From IMG/VR virus record IMGVR_UViG_3300045988_158927, positions 1-64,000 of that record: DNA of 64,000 bases. One strand, written 5' to 3'. This document shows positions 52,131 to 62,011 of the stretch, in pieces. The stretch comes from a virus. The notes beneath the pieces are model-generated. The model saw nothing but the letters and a program-made list of their open reading frames with translations, ran no database searches and was not told where the DNA came from. Each line of letters opens with the position of its first letter. Position 1 is the stretch's first letter. A program made the translations under genes and the position numbers.

Positions 52131-54457
52131 TTCACGGCCTAAAGATGCTGACCGAGGCGCAACGCAAGGCGCGCAACGGCAAGGTCCAGCGCACTACGTT
52201 CGGCCCGCTCTCGTTATGCGTGGAAATCCCGGCAGGCTGGAGGAAAGGGGCGTCGTTCCTGACGGCTCACTACGGCTACATTTCCGGCACGAAAGCCCCG
52301 GATGGCGCGGCTATCGATATGTTCCTGTCGCCGCAAGCAAGCGTGACGGCTGACGTGTTTGTCATCGACCATATGAAGGGCGGCAAATTCGACGAACCTA
52401 AAGTGTTCCTCGGGTTCACTTCCAAAGTGGATGCCGAGGAAACCTATCGGAATGTATACGCGCAACGTGCGCCAGCAACCAAAATGACGATGACGCAGTT
52501 TCAACAATGGATGAAGGAAGGGGGCGCAATGCAACCGACGATCAAGGAAGAACCTAAGCTTCAAAAAGTCTACTGGGACAGTAACGGAGACCCGGATGTC
52601 CCGATGACGGAAATTCTCTACCAAATCCGCAAGACCGACCCTACTAGCCTTGCGCTTGAGCCGCTGACGCTTGACGACATCTACGGCGACGCTGACGAAA
52701 TCGTGGAGCTTGATGCTCTGGTAGTGCCCATGATGCGCCTTGAGCGCGTGGCCGGCATCATGCAAAACCAGATGAAGCGGTACGGGTCCGAGGCGCTTAA
52801 CTTCCAAGTGAGCAAGCCATTCAAGAAGAACGGCACGGCTCAAGTGGCGGTTGTCTATGAGCTTGCCGACGGCCAGACGATCGGCATCTACTTCCACAAT
52901 CCGGACGTGACACCGGCCAAGATCGCGCCGCAAGATGAGCTGATTTCTTGGAAATGGATGCTCAACAAGAAGGACATTACGATCCTTGTGGCGCCGGAAA
53001 AAGGGCAGGATTTGGACCCGCGTGAAGTGATGCGCCGCGTGGCCAAGATCGCCATCAAAAATCGTCCGACGTTCGAGCGGAACAACGCTGCCCGCGTCGA
53101 GCGTGTGGCGCGTGTGGAGGCGCTTAAGGCTGAAATTGTCGTTCTTGAAAAGGAAGTGGACGACAAGACGCATGAGCTGGAAATTCTCCGCATGAAACTC
53201 GAAGAGAAGCGGAACATGCCGGCACCTGAACCTGAGCCCGCGCCTGAAGTGATGCCTGAACCTGAAGTTGCGAGCGGCTCGAATGATGCGCCTATTCAAG
53301 AAGTCAAGAAAGGTAGGATGAGTAAGTATGATCCGGCGGTGGCAGCAGCCCTAGAGGAAAAGATTGCTAACCTTAATAGATTTTCTGATGTCAGAGACCT
53401 TCAGACTGCTATCCGTGACGCTGAACTTTCGCGCAATGATAAAAAGCGAATCAAGGAGATGTTGGAGCAGCGTGTAAGCGATATGAACCATGAGCGGTAT
53501 CTGAAAAAACAGGAAATGCTTAAAGAATTTGGCGAGCAATTGAAAGCCGCTGAATTTGAAGAGGAATTGTCTTTGGTTGAGGCGTTCATTCACAAAATCC
53601 CGGGTATTGATGAAGAGCATATGTCGCATCTTTATACGAGTATTAGTGACAAGCGCAGAGAACTTCAAATAAAGAAGAAAGCGGAAGAACGCAAAGCCGC
53701 CGAACAAGCCAAGCAAGCCGAGCCCACGCCCGAAGATCCGAAGGAAGAAACCCGGGAAGAGCGCGTGACCCGTCTGCATGACGCGGTTATGGTCCTGATC
53801 AATTCGGCCACGTCCATCGAAGACATTCGGAAGCTGAAGAAATCCGCGACGTTCAATGAATTCCGCTATGTCACCGAGGACACTTCAAGGGCAGCCGATT
53901 TCAATCAGCAGCGCGAGAGCATCCGCACGGCTCTCTACACCAAGAGCGCGGAACTGAACATGCCGCTCTACAACGAGATCATGCGCGAGATTCAGGCGGC
54001 TACTAGTGAGGCTGGTGTTTTGACGGCGCTTGAGAAGGTCGAAATGGTCCGGAACGACTTCCCGCCAGCCCAGCGTAACGAGATCACGCAGGCCGCCGAG
54101 GCACGCATTGAGGCACTGAATGCCGTTCCTGAGCCGCAAGCTACGCCGCTGCCTGAAGTGCAGTCGCCTATGCCAGAGGAACCCGCGCCAGAACCCGTCC
54201 ATGAGCCGGCGCCAGAACCCGTCGCGGAACAACCAGCCGAGGCAGTGAATGCTACGCCGCTGAATGCCCTGGTTAACCCGCAAGAAGCCGCCGACCGGGC
54301 CTATCTCGAAACGTTCGACCCGGCCACCGCTGACGATGCGCGCTTGGAAGAGATTGCTGCCCGCTACACGTCCGGCGAGATGTTGGAACTGCTGGAAAAG
54401 GCTTTGGCCAAATACGAGGAATACATGGTGGCTGCTGCCGAGGAATCGATGAAGTGA
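52127..54457 (+). CDS. 776-aa multi-domain protein: pyrophosphatase-fold-like N-terminus, central module, long acidic helical C-terminus
   Basis: ATGA coupling. LCVEIPAG...AHYGYISGTKAPDGAAIDMFL...DEPKVFLGF echoes family I PPase VIEIPA...NYGYI...DGDPVDVLV, but the loop is shortened and one Asp is lost. E/K/P-rich tail. Confidence 0.5.
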   Translation: MIHGLKMLTEAQRKARNGKVQRTTFGPLSLCVEIPAGWRKGASFLTAHYGYISGTKAPDGAAIDMFLSPQASVTADVFVIDHMKGGKFDEPKVFLGFTSKVDAEETYRNVYAQRAPATKMTMTQFQQWMKEGGAMQPTIKEEPKLQKVYWDSNGDPDVPMTEILYQIRKTDPTSLALEPLTLDDIYGDADEIVELDALVVPMMRLERVAGIMQNQMKRYGSEALNFQVSKPFKKNGTAQVAVVYELADGQTIGIYFHNPDVTPAKIAPQDELISWKWMLNKKDITILVAPEKGQDLDPREVMRRVAKIAIKNRPTFERNNAARVERVARVEALKAEIVVLEKEVDDKTHELEILRMKLEEKRNMPAPEPEPAPEVMPEPEVASGSNDAPIQEVKKGRMSKYDPAVAAALEEKIANLNRFSDVRDLQTAIRDAELSRNDKKRIKEMLEQRVSDMNHERYLKKQEMLKEFGEQLKAAEFEEELSLVEAFIHKIPGIDEEHMSHLYTSISDKRRELQIKKKAEERKAAEQAKQAEPTPEDPKEETREERVTRLHDAVMVLINSATSIEDIRKLKKSATFNEFRYVTEDTSRAADFNQQRESIRTALYTKSAELNMPLYNEIMREIQAATSEAGVLTALEKVEMVRNDFPPAQRNEITQAAEARIEALNAVPEPQATPLPEVQSPMPEEPAPEPVHEPAPEPVAEQPAEAVNATPLNALVNPQEAADRAYLETFDPATADDARLEEIAARYTSGEMLELLEKALAKYEEYMVAAAEESMK

Positions 54458-54480
54458 TAGGGTGATGGCCTAAAATCAGA

Positions 54481-54512
54481 ACGGTCGGAAGAGATTCCGG
54501 CCGTTTTTTTTT
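54481..54512 (+). terminator. rho-independent terminator
   Basis: ACGGTCGGAA-gaga-TTCCGGCCGT followed by T9. Confidence 0.8.
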
Positions 54513-54533
54513 GCGCAAAAAAAGGAACATCCA

Positions 54534-57500
54534 ATGACAGTTATTGAGAAGCTGAAGCTGATCAAAAACCTGAAAGCTGCACAAGCCCTTCCCCGCGACA
54601 CGATCCCTCAACGCCTCGCACGAATCAAGGCCATCAAGGCCGCGCTTGATGCGCTCAAAGGGGCAAAGGCTGAGGAACGTACCGCCGAGAAGGAATCCGT
54701 AGAAGCAGCGTTCAAGTTTGATGCAGAACGCAAGACCGCCGAACGCAAGAAGGCCAATGATGCGGCCTATGCGCTGCTGCAAAGCCTCGATGAGGGCAAG
54801 ACACTCACCGAAGAAGAAAAGGCCGTGCTGGCAGCGTATAGCGGTTGCGGCGGCGGTCTGATCAACCCGCTTACCGGAAAGACGGGCAGCGCGACGGAAT
54901 ACTACACGCCGAAGCCTATCGTCTCGGGCATGTGGGACATGCTGGGCGAATCGTTCGGGTTCAAAGGCGGTAAAGTGCTGGACCCGAGTAGCGGTACCGG
55001 CATTTTTGGGGCGACGGCGCCAAAGGGTGTCGTTATGCAAAGCGTGGAAATCAGCGAGGTTTCCGGCAAGATCAACAAGGCGCTTAACTCGAAAACCGGC
55101 AATAACGTTGCCATCGAGCCGTTCGAGGGCTTCGCAGCGCGCACGCCTGACGGCACGTTCGATGCTCTGGTAACTAACGTTCCGTTCGGTGATTCCGGTA
55201 TCCGGACTGCCAAAGGAATGGACCAGAAATATCAGGATCAAAGCCTGCAAGGCTACTTCCTGCTGCGCGGCCTCGATAAGCTGAAGCCGGGCGGCCTGAT
55301 GGCCGTGATTCTGCCGGGTAGTGTCGTTGCCAATCGTGGGGCACGTGAAACCAAAGTGCGGACCATGATCAGCCTGAAGGCCGAATTTTGCGGCGCCATC
55401 CGCTTGCCTAACAGTGTCTTTGAGACAACCGGCGCTGACGTGATTACGGACGTTGCCGTATTCAAGAAACACGGGACTGACGCGGCTGAAAAGATTGATG
55501 CTCTTTTCCGTGCGGGAAAATCCGATGAACTGCGAGAAATGGGCGTTCTCTATGAGGAATTCATCGACGGCAATTGGTTCAAGGGCGAAGGACGCAAGTA
55601 CCTGCACGGCGAGGAAGTGACCGTTAACGGGCGCTGGGGCGAGACGCAGAAAGTCGTTTCAACCAAAAGCGTTACGGAAATCGGCCCCCTGCTGCGAGAG
55701 CTTCGCTTCAAATCGCGCATCAACTGGGATGCTCTGGGGGCGGCTGATGTAAGCCTTGCCTATGACGTGGGCGACGAGATTACGGCACCAGATGGCACAC
55801 TGATGCGCTGGGACGGTGAAACGTTCGTGGAGGTCCAGCGCGCCGAAGCGAAGGTCAACCCGTTTGCCAAGGTCATCGAGGCAATGGACCTGACCGCGCT
55901 TCAGTTCTACTACGCAGACTTCAGTGACGATGAGGTGGCCGGCGCGCTGCAATACGTTGCAGACAATAACGTATCCGTCAAACCATGGGTCAATACGCTG
56001 AACCTTGGCAAGCGCATTGATGTTCTCGTTTGCGCGGCCGTCGAAGCGTTCGATGAGAAAGCCCCGACCGATAACCTTGGTGAAGAGCATCCGCGCCTGA
56101 CCGAGGACGTGCAAGCTTCCATCAAGGCAGCACGCAACGTCACGCCGAAAGAGAGCGCGAAAGGCGTCTACAACCGATTCAAGGCGTTTACCGATAGTGG
56201 CGTTCTGTCGCCCGTTTGGTTCGGGCAGGTGGCCGAGCTGAAGACTATCGAGAGCAATGCAGCCAAATTCGAGGTCGCAAAAGGCAGTCAGAAATGGGTC
56301 GGCATCAATGAGATGCGCAAAGCCGGCATTGACGTTGACGGTGAAGAATTCGTCCACAACGGCGACAAGGTTGCGCTGATGGATGAGGTCTGCACTGGCA
56401 AGGCCGCTGAAGTTATCGAGGCACTGAAGAACGCTGACGTACCGCCTGAGCGCAAAGCCCGTCAGATCGCGCTTGCGATGGAACGTATCGAGAAAATCGA
56501 CGTTTCCAAGATGATCTTTACGCTTACGACGAAGTACGTGTCAGCGGATGCTAAGGCGGAATTCCTGACCCTGTACGTGAGCAAATCGAACTATTCAGGC
56601 TTCCAAGCGCATGATGACATTGTTGTGCTGCCGGCGTCTGAGGTAAAGTATGTAGCGTTCGGGAACGTTGACAAACTGTTCGTGCGCGCACTTGTCGGCT
56701 ACGTGAACGATGGTCGCGTGTCGTTCGGGAACCTGAAGATTGACGGCGTTTCTGATGATGAGCAAAAGCAGGCGAAGCGCGACCTTCTCGACGACTATCG
56801 TAAGTACCTGAACAAGCTTGATACGCAATTCAACCTGTGGGTTCACTCGAATCGTGCGCTGAAAACCGCGCTGGATATCCGCCTGAATTCGGCTGAGAAC
56901 GCCTTCTTCAAAACGCAAGCCAGCGACGGCCCGCTGACGATTCCCGGCCTGTCCGGTGATATCCAACTGCACGGCTATCAGCGCGCTTTCGTGCGCAAGA
57001 TCGCAGCGCGATTCAATGGCATCAACTCGTTCGATGTGGGCCTCGGCAAGAGTTTCACGGCACTGGCCAGCGTGCAGTATGCGCAAGCCATCGGCGCGAA
57101 GAAAAAGACCGTTTTCGTCGTGCCAAAGTCCGTCATCACAAACTGGGTGAAGGAAGCCAACCGCCTGTTTTCCGCTGACGTTGCCAATGACATTCTGGTA
57201 GTCGGTGCCGTCGAGAAGAAAGGAAAGCTTGACGTTGATTCCAAGCGATTCGACGCAGATTTGCAGCGCATCGCGGATAACGTTCACTCGAAGATTTTCA
57301 TGACGGCCGAAGCATTCCAGCGTATCCGCATCCGGGAAGAGGATGTTAAGGAATATCTGGACGCCATGCGCCTGAACGACCGCGATGCTTACGGGGACAA
57401 AATTTCTGACGCTGATAGCAATCGTGTAGAAAGCCGTCTGTATGCCATCGAGAAGATTCTCACGGAAGACGGCAAGAGCGAAGGCGCGCCGTTTTGGCAT

Positions 57501-60500
57501 ACGCTGGGCATTGATTCTGTCGTGTTCGATGAGATGCACGTGAACAAGAATGCCGTGATTGCCATCGGTGTGCGCGGCGCCAAATTCCTGTCGCTGCCGC
57601 CTGCATCCAAGAAATCCGTGGACGTGATGTGCAAGACTTGGCTGATCCGTCGTGACCATGGTTCCGGTGTGCTGGGCCTGACCGCTACGCCTATCACTAA
57701 CTCGCCGCTGGAAATCTACGGGATGATGTCCATCGTGGAAGGCATGGACGCAGTGAATGATGCGTGCGGCGTCGCTGGACCGGGCGATTTCATCAAGGAA
57801 TCTGTCATCGTCGAAAACCGTGCAGAACTCGGCGTGGACGGCGAAGAGCGGATGATGGATGTTTTCGTCGGCTTGAAAAACACGCAGATTCTGGCGCGTC
57901 TCGTTCGTGGCGTGTGCGATATCAAGACGGCCGCCGACGCCGGGAACATTGTCCAGCCTGACAGTGAAGAGGTGGTGCAAGGCGTGCCGCTGGATAACGA
58001 CACGGACCGGCAATTGCGTCGGATGATCCTTGCCTACCAGATCATGCAGGGGGCGGTTGACGCAGGCCCGGAAATCCCCGAGCGCGTGGCAGAGGTTTAT
58101 GGGTCCAAAGTCAAGACGCTGATGTCCCCGCTCAACCTTCTGTCGAATATGTCGAAACTGATGGTTGATGAGGACGCGGCCAAGAAACGCACGGTCTATA
58201 TCGGTGGTTCCGAAGAGCTTACGGAGAAATTCAACGGCCTGAAGATCAAGGAGAAACGCGCCTATGGCCCGCGCCTTGATGCAAGCGAGACGGTCAAAGT
58301 GACGGTCAATCCTGAAGACGAGGAAGACGTTGAATTCATCGTCCAGATTGGGGCAGTCTTCGATGGTGGAAAGACGATCATCGATACAACGTCATGGGAG
58401 ACTCAAGACAAATTCGAGGCACTTGCCGCGAAGCTTGACGTACCCTTGGACGTGAAGCCGTCGGAGAAATTCAAGGCCCTTATCGAGAACATGAAGGCCG
58501 AGGCTGCTAACGTGCGCGGCATCAAGAATGGCGAGCGCATCGAGCATGCCAAGCAGATCGTCTTCTGCGACATGCTGGCAACCCATAACAAACTGAAGCG
58601 GTTCATTTGCTCACGTATGGGCATCCCCGCCTCGGAGGTCATCATCGTTACGGGTCAGCGTAACGGTTCGCCTGAAGAAATTCAGGACGTGCAAGACGGG
58701 TTCAATGACGGACGCTATCGCATCATCATTGCCAACGAAAAGGCCGAGGTCGGCATCAACCTGCAAAAAGGCACGCAAGCTATCCATCACCTGACGATTG
58801 GATGGACTCCGGACAGTTTGCAGCAGCGTAACGGACGTGGCGTTCGGCAAGGTAACGAGACCGCGAAAGTGAACGTCTATTACTACGATGCCGAAGGTAC
58901 TTTCGACCAGATGAAGCGGTCAATGGTCAACAAGAAGGCCGACTGGATCGAGAAGGTAATGACGGGCGAAGGCCGCACGGTGGCCGTGAATGCCGGCCTG
59001 ACACGCGAGCAAATGGACGCGCTGATCGATGGTATGGGCGACGCCGAGAGCATTGCCAAAGCGCAAGCCCAAGCGGAAGAGAAAGCCAAGAAGGAAGCGC
59101 GTAACCGTGCCGTCACTCAACAGATGATCATGATTGAGGTTGCGCAAAAGAGCGAGGAAGAGCTGAAAAAGGCGGCCGATATGGCAAGCTGGGCCACGTC
59201 GATGATCAACAAGCTTATTACGCCGATCAATCAGCAACTGGAAGTCTCGCGCAAGCAATTGGCACTGTCTCGCAGTGATAAGACCAAGGAACGGCTTACG
59301 CAGACCATTGCCGAGCTTGAGAAGCGGCAGGGTGAAATCAGGACGCGCTATCGGAACTATTCTGATCCGTCCGTGCGTGAGGAATGGCAAAACGACATTG
59401 AGGCGCTGCAAGATAGCGTCAAGAGCGCCAATGAGCAGGTGGAGAACCTGTCTGGCGATGGCGGCCTGAATGAACGTGAAATCCAGCACGTCAAGGACGG
59501 AGAGTTCTTCAGGGTTGGCGATGAACTTGCTTTCCCGGGTCAGTTTGTCATGACCAAAAACGACGGTATCGGGGTTGTCGTGAAGAACATCAGGAAATCC
59601 CTTTGCCTCGCAACTCTTCGCAAGGATGATAGCCGGCGTTCCGCTGCCTTGGATACCTCCCCGGTCGGCATGGAGCGACTGATCGATGAGGATAAGGTTC
59701 CTCACGACATTCTGAAAGAGTTTGCCAAGATCGATACGTATCAGGCGATGCAGGAAGAGGAAAGAACGTTCGAGACCGTTAAGGCGATCACGCAATACAC
59801 GCAGGTTGTCGCCAAATGGAAGGGCGACCTTGCTAACGTTCTGTGGAAAGAGGGCGTACCCGTTCTGATGATGGGTTCCTACGGTTATCCGCTGTTCGGG
59901 ATTAGCCGTGATGCGCATCGGGATTCCGTCATCAATTACGATCCGTATAGCGTCGCCACGCTCAAAGATGATGGCACATGGACCGAGGTTGACATTGAAA
60001 CGACGGCTGCTGCTGCCGCGCAATATCTGATCTCGATTGATGCTGTTATGAGCGATTTGATGGTGGTACGGAACGAGAAATTCCGGAAGCTTCTGTCCCA
60101 GAACATCGAGAACCATTACCTCAAAGACCCGGCCATCGTTGAGCAGGCAATCGAACTGGCCAAGCAGGAATACTCGTCATACCGTTACGGTAGCTACGAC
60201 ATTCCAAAAGTGGCGCGGATGCTTTCAATCCTTGGCCTTCGACGTGCGGCAAAACTGCACTACAACCTCTATTCGGCAGAGGATTTCCCGGGCGTGGAAT
60301 CGATGCAGGGTCAGATGGAAGTGTTCGTCAAACAGGCCCGCGAAGAGGAGGAGCGCGTTAATCAGGAATGGGAGGAGAAGAAACGGCGAGAGCGCGAAGA
60401 GGCGGAAGCCAAGGCAGCACAAGATGCGGCGAACATGGAGAAATGGGTGTCCGAGGGCTTCCCGGCTGATCAGGAATTCGGCATCACTGGATTCCGCACG

Positions 60501-60674
60501 TTCGGCTTTAAGGATCGGATCAAGCAGGCTGAACAAGAGGCAGGCGGTAAAGCCCGCTGGCACGGTGACAGCAAGCAATGGATCATTCACGGGAAGGCGC
60601 TGGACAAACTGTTCAAGGATGAATCGTTTGCCGATGCCGTCAAGGAAAAAGAGCTGATCATCAAGCCCGTCTGA
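54534..60674 (+). CDS. polyvalent protein: N6-adenine DNA methyltransferase + SNF2/SF2 helicase + ~600-aa C-terminal region (P1 DarB-like)
   Basis: MTase motif X EYYTPKPIV, motif I VLDPSSGTGIFG (nt ~54975), motif IV LVTNVPFG (nt ~55176). Helicase motifs: LHGYQRAF...DVGLGKSF, FDEMH (57528), LTATPITNSP, QQRNGRGVRQG (~58821). Confidence 0.8.
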   Translation: MTVIEKLKLIKNLKAAQALPRDTIPQRLARIKAIKAALDALKGAKAEERTAEKESVEAAFKFDAERKTAERKKANDAAYALLQSLDEGKTLTEEEKAVLAAYSGCGGGLINPLTGKTGSATEYYTPKPIVSGMWDMLGESFGFKGGKVLDPSSGTGIFGATAPKGVVMQSVEISEVSGKINKALNSKTGNNVAIEPFEGFAARTPDGTFDALVTNVPFGDSGIRTAKGMDQKYQDQSLQGYFLLRGLDKLKPGGLMAVILPGSVVANRGARETKVRTMISLKAEFCGAIRLPNSVFETTGADVITDVAVFKKHGTDAAEKIDALFRAGKSDELREMGVLYEEFIDGNWFKGEGRKYLHGEEVTVNGRWGETQKVVSTKSVTEIGPLLRELRFKSRINWDALGAADVSLAYDVGDEITAPDGTLMRWDGETFVEVQRAEAKVNPFAKVIEAMDLTALQFYYADFSDDEVAGALQYVADNNVSVKPWVNTLNLGKRIDVLVCAAVEAFDEKAPTDNLGEEHPRLTEDVQASIKAARNVTPKESAKGVYNRFKAFTDSGVLSPVWFGQVAELKTIESNAAKFEVAKGSQKWVGINEMRKAGIDVDGEEFVHNGDKVALMDEVCTGKAAEVIEALKNADVPPERKARQIALAMERIEKIDVSKMIFTLTTKYVSADAKAEFLTLYVSKSNYSGFQAHDDIVVLPASEVKYVAFGNVDKLFVRALVGYVNDGRVSFGNLKIDGVSDDEQKQAKRDLLDDYRKYLNKLDTQFNLWVHSNRALKTALDIRLNSAENAFFKTQASDGPLTIPGLSGDIQLHGYQRAFVRKIAARFNGINSFDVGLGKSFTALASVQYAQAIGAKKKTVFVVPKSVITNWVKEANRLFSADVANDILVVGAVEKKGKLDVDSKRFDADLQRIADNVHSKIFMTAEAFQRIRIREEDVKEYLDAMRLNDRDAYGDKISDADSNRVESRLYAIEKILTEDGKSEGAPFWHTLGIDSVVFDEMHVNKNAVIAIGVRGAKFLSLPPASKKSVDVMCKTWLIRRDHGSGVLGLTATPITNSPLEIYGMMSIVEGMDAVNDACGVAGPGDFIKESVIVENRAELGVDGEERMMDVFVGLKNTQILARLVRGVCDIKTAADAGNIVQPDSEEVVQGVPLDNDTDRQLRRMILAYQIMQGAVDAGPEIPERVAEVYGSKVKTLMSPLNLLSNMSKLMVDEDAAKKRTVYIGGSEELTEKFNGLKIKEKRAYGPRLDASETVKVTVNPEDEEDVEFIVQIGAVFDGGKTIIDTTSWETQDKFEALAAKLDVPLDVKPSEKFKALIENMKAEAANVRGIKNGERIEHAKQIVFCDMLATHNKLKRFICSRMGIPASEVIIVTGQRNGSPEEIQDVQDGFNDGRYRIIIANEKAEVGINLQKGTQAIHHLTIGWTPDSLQQRNGRGVRQGNETAKVNVYYYDAEGTFDQMKRSMVNKKADWIEKVMTGEGRTVAVNAGLTREQMDALIDGMGDAESIAKAQAQAEEKAKKEARNRAVTQQMIMIEVAQKSEEELKKAADMASWATSMINKLITPINQQLEVSRKQLALSRSDKTKERLTQTIAELEKRQGEIRTRYRNYSDPSVREEWQNDIEALQDSVKSANEQVENLSGDGGLNEREIQHVKDGEFFRVGDELAFPGQFVMTKNDGIGVVVKNIRKSLCLATLRKDDSRRSAALDTSPVGMERLIDEDKVPHDILKEFAKIDTYQAMQEEERTFETVKAITQYTQVVAKWKGDLANVLWKEGVPVLMMGSYGYPLFGISRDAHRDSVINYDPYSVATLKDDGTWTEVDIETTAAAAAQYLISIDAVMSDLMVVRNEKFRKLLSQNIENHYLKDPAIVEQAIELAKQEYSSYRYGSYDIPKVARMLSILGLRRAAKLHYNLYSAEDFPGVESMQGQMEVFVKQAREEEERVNQEWEEKKRREREEAEAKAAQDAANMEKWVSEGFPADQEFGITGFRTFGFKDRIKQAEQEAGGKARWHGDSKQWIIHGKALDKLFKDESFADAVKEKELIIKPV

Positions 60675-60732
60675 TTGACGTAACGAGGGGGCGCCGATAT
60701 GATGAAGCGTCCCCTTTGCGGAGATTGAAACC

Positions 60733-61101
60733 ATGGATATCGAAGAGATCAAAGAGAACTTTGCGTACACCGAAGACGTTGCGAAGGGCTGGCGTGATTA
60801 CTACCAGATGGACGACGCAGACACCGAGCGCGTGGCCAAAGTGATTGCAGGCCGCATCAGCGACAAGAAGACGGATTACCGTAACTACGGCCCTTGGTGG
60901 TGGCCCGTCAAGCGTGCATTGATCGCGCAAGGGCTGGCGGCGGGATACGTGGATGAGGAAGTAGCCGATGCTCTGTCGTTCGGGAATGGACTGGACGACA
61001 TGCTTTGCGGCGACGCCTACAGAACGTCGTTCCTCGGGTCCAGCATCGCGGAGACGAAACAGCACGGCCAATACGTCATCCATGATCCGGACATGGAATA
61101 G
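60733..61101 (+). CDS. hypothetical protein
   Basis: RBS GCGGAG, 122 aa, followed by a terminator. Confidence 0.55.
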   Translation: MDIEEIKENFAYTEDVAKGWRDYYQMDDADTERVAKVIAGRISDKKTDYRNYGPWWWPVKRALIAQGLAAGYVDEEVADALSFGNGLDDMLCGDAYRTSFLGSSIAETKQHGQYVIHDPDME

Positions 61102-61125
61102 TAAGCAGCCGAAGGGTTAGAATCT

Positions 61126-61151
61126 AAGCGCCTGTAGTTTGGGCGCTTTTT
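61126..61151 (+). terminator. rho-independent terminator
   Basis: AAGCGCC-9 nt loop-GGCGCTT followed by TTT. Confidence 0.6.
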
Positions 61152-61174
61152 CATTTGCAAATGAGGAAAAGACA

Positions 61175-61894
61175 ATGGATTTGACTAGCTATCTGCGCCA
61201 AGATCGGCGCGTGAAATTCGATTCGGCCAAAGCAGAAAAGGCCGTCGTGGCCCGGGCTGAGCAAGAGAATGAAGACCTGAACCCTGCCGACAAGAATTCC
61301 ATTCTGGACGCTGCCGCCGACTACGCTACCCGAGATATCGGGCTGGCTGCCGTCAATGCCGTGCGCGAATGGGCAGAGACCGATGATCTCGATGCCGGCG
61401 AAACTGCTGCCGACCGCCTGATTGCTCTGTTCATCGGCATCGCTGACGAAGATAAGGATGGCGAAATCACGCCGGAGGAACAGGACCTGCTGGAGATCGC
61501 GCTGGAAGCGGCCTATGACTATCTGCTGAATCTGGGTGTGCCTGAAGACGATGTTTCGGCACTGCTGAATGACTTTGAGCCGGAAGTAGCAGACCGAGTT
61601 CTGGAGCTTGTTATCTCTTCGCTGCCTGAAGGCGATGCCGCCGACGCTGACGTGGATTCCTACGTGTTCGGTGAAGACGAGGATGAAGGCGCGGCGCTGG
61701 ATGCCGTCTACAAGAAAAAACTGGTGGTGCGTAACGGCAAGAAAGTGCGCATCAACAAGCGCGTGAGCGGTACCGTGCGCCTGTCTGCCAAGCAGAAAGT
61801 GGCCATCAAAAAGGCGCGCCTGAAGTCGCACAATGCGCGTGCTATGCTTAAGCGTGCCAAGAGCATGCGCAAGCGCAAGCAAATGGGTTTGTGA
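61175..61894 (+). CDS. protein with acidic body and strongly basic tail (scaffold/internal-protein-like, speculative)
   Basis: RBS AGGAAAAG then ATG at 61175. D/E-rich for 190 aa, then KKKLVVRNGKKVRINKR...KKARLKSHNARAMLKRAKSMRKRKQ. Confidence 0.5.
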   Translation: MDLTSYLRQDRRVKFDSAKAEKAVVARAEQENEDLNPADKNSILDAAADYATRDIGLAAVNAVREWAETDDLDAGETAADRLIALFIGIADEDKDGEITPEEQDLLEIALEAAYDYLLNLGVPEDDVSALLNDFEPEVADRVLELVISSLPEGDAADADVDSYVFGEDEDEGAALDAVYKKKLVVRNGKKVRINKRVSGTVRLSAKQKVAIKKARLKSHNARAMLKRAKSMRKRKQMGL

Positions 61895-61916
61895 TAGCGT
61901 TCTGACCTAGGACGCC

Positions 61917-61944
61917 GGGGAGGCTTGTGCCTCCCCTTTTTTTT
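61917..61944 (+). terminator. rho-independent terminator
   Basis: GGGGAGGC-ttgt-GCCTCCCC followed by T8. Confidence 0.85.
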
Positions 61945-61952
61945 ACCCGTAC

Positions 61953-61979
61953 CGATTGTTTCGATAATCGAGACAATCG
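61953..61979. promoter_or_regulatory. 27-bp near-perfect palindrome (operator-like)
   Basis: CGATTGTTTCGAT A ATCGAGACAATCG, 12 of 13 positions symmetric. It lies between a terminator and the next RBS. Confidence 0.5.
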
Positions 61980-62011
61980 ATTGTTACGCAAAACGGAACA
62001 ATGAGGAAGAA

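Noticed and set aside
52127-54457. Calling the 776-aa protein the portal because it follows terL.
   Set aside because: I could not recognise any portal-like features. The long acidic helical tail and the PPase-like N-terminus argue against it, so it is left as an open alternative in the findings.
52214-60116. Minus-strand ORFs of 361, 444, 232, 472 and 398 aa opposite the 776-aa and 2046-aa genes.
   Set aside because: Same shadow-ORF character (R/H/L/V-rich, no motifs). The plus-strand ORFs carry unambiguous MTase and helicase motifs.
61151-61882. 243-aa minus-strand ORF.
   Set aside because: It is antisense to the acidic/basic protein gene, which has an RBS and is bracketed by terminators on the plus strand.
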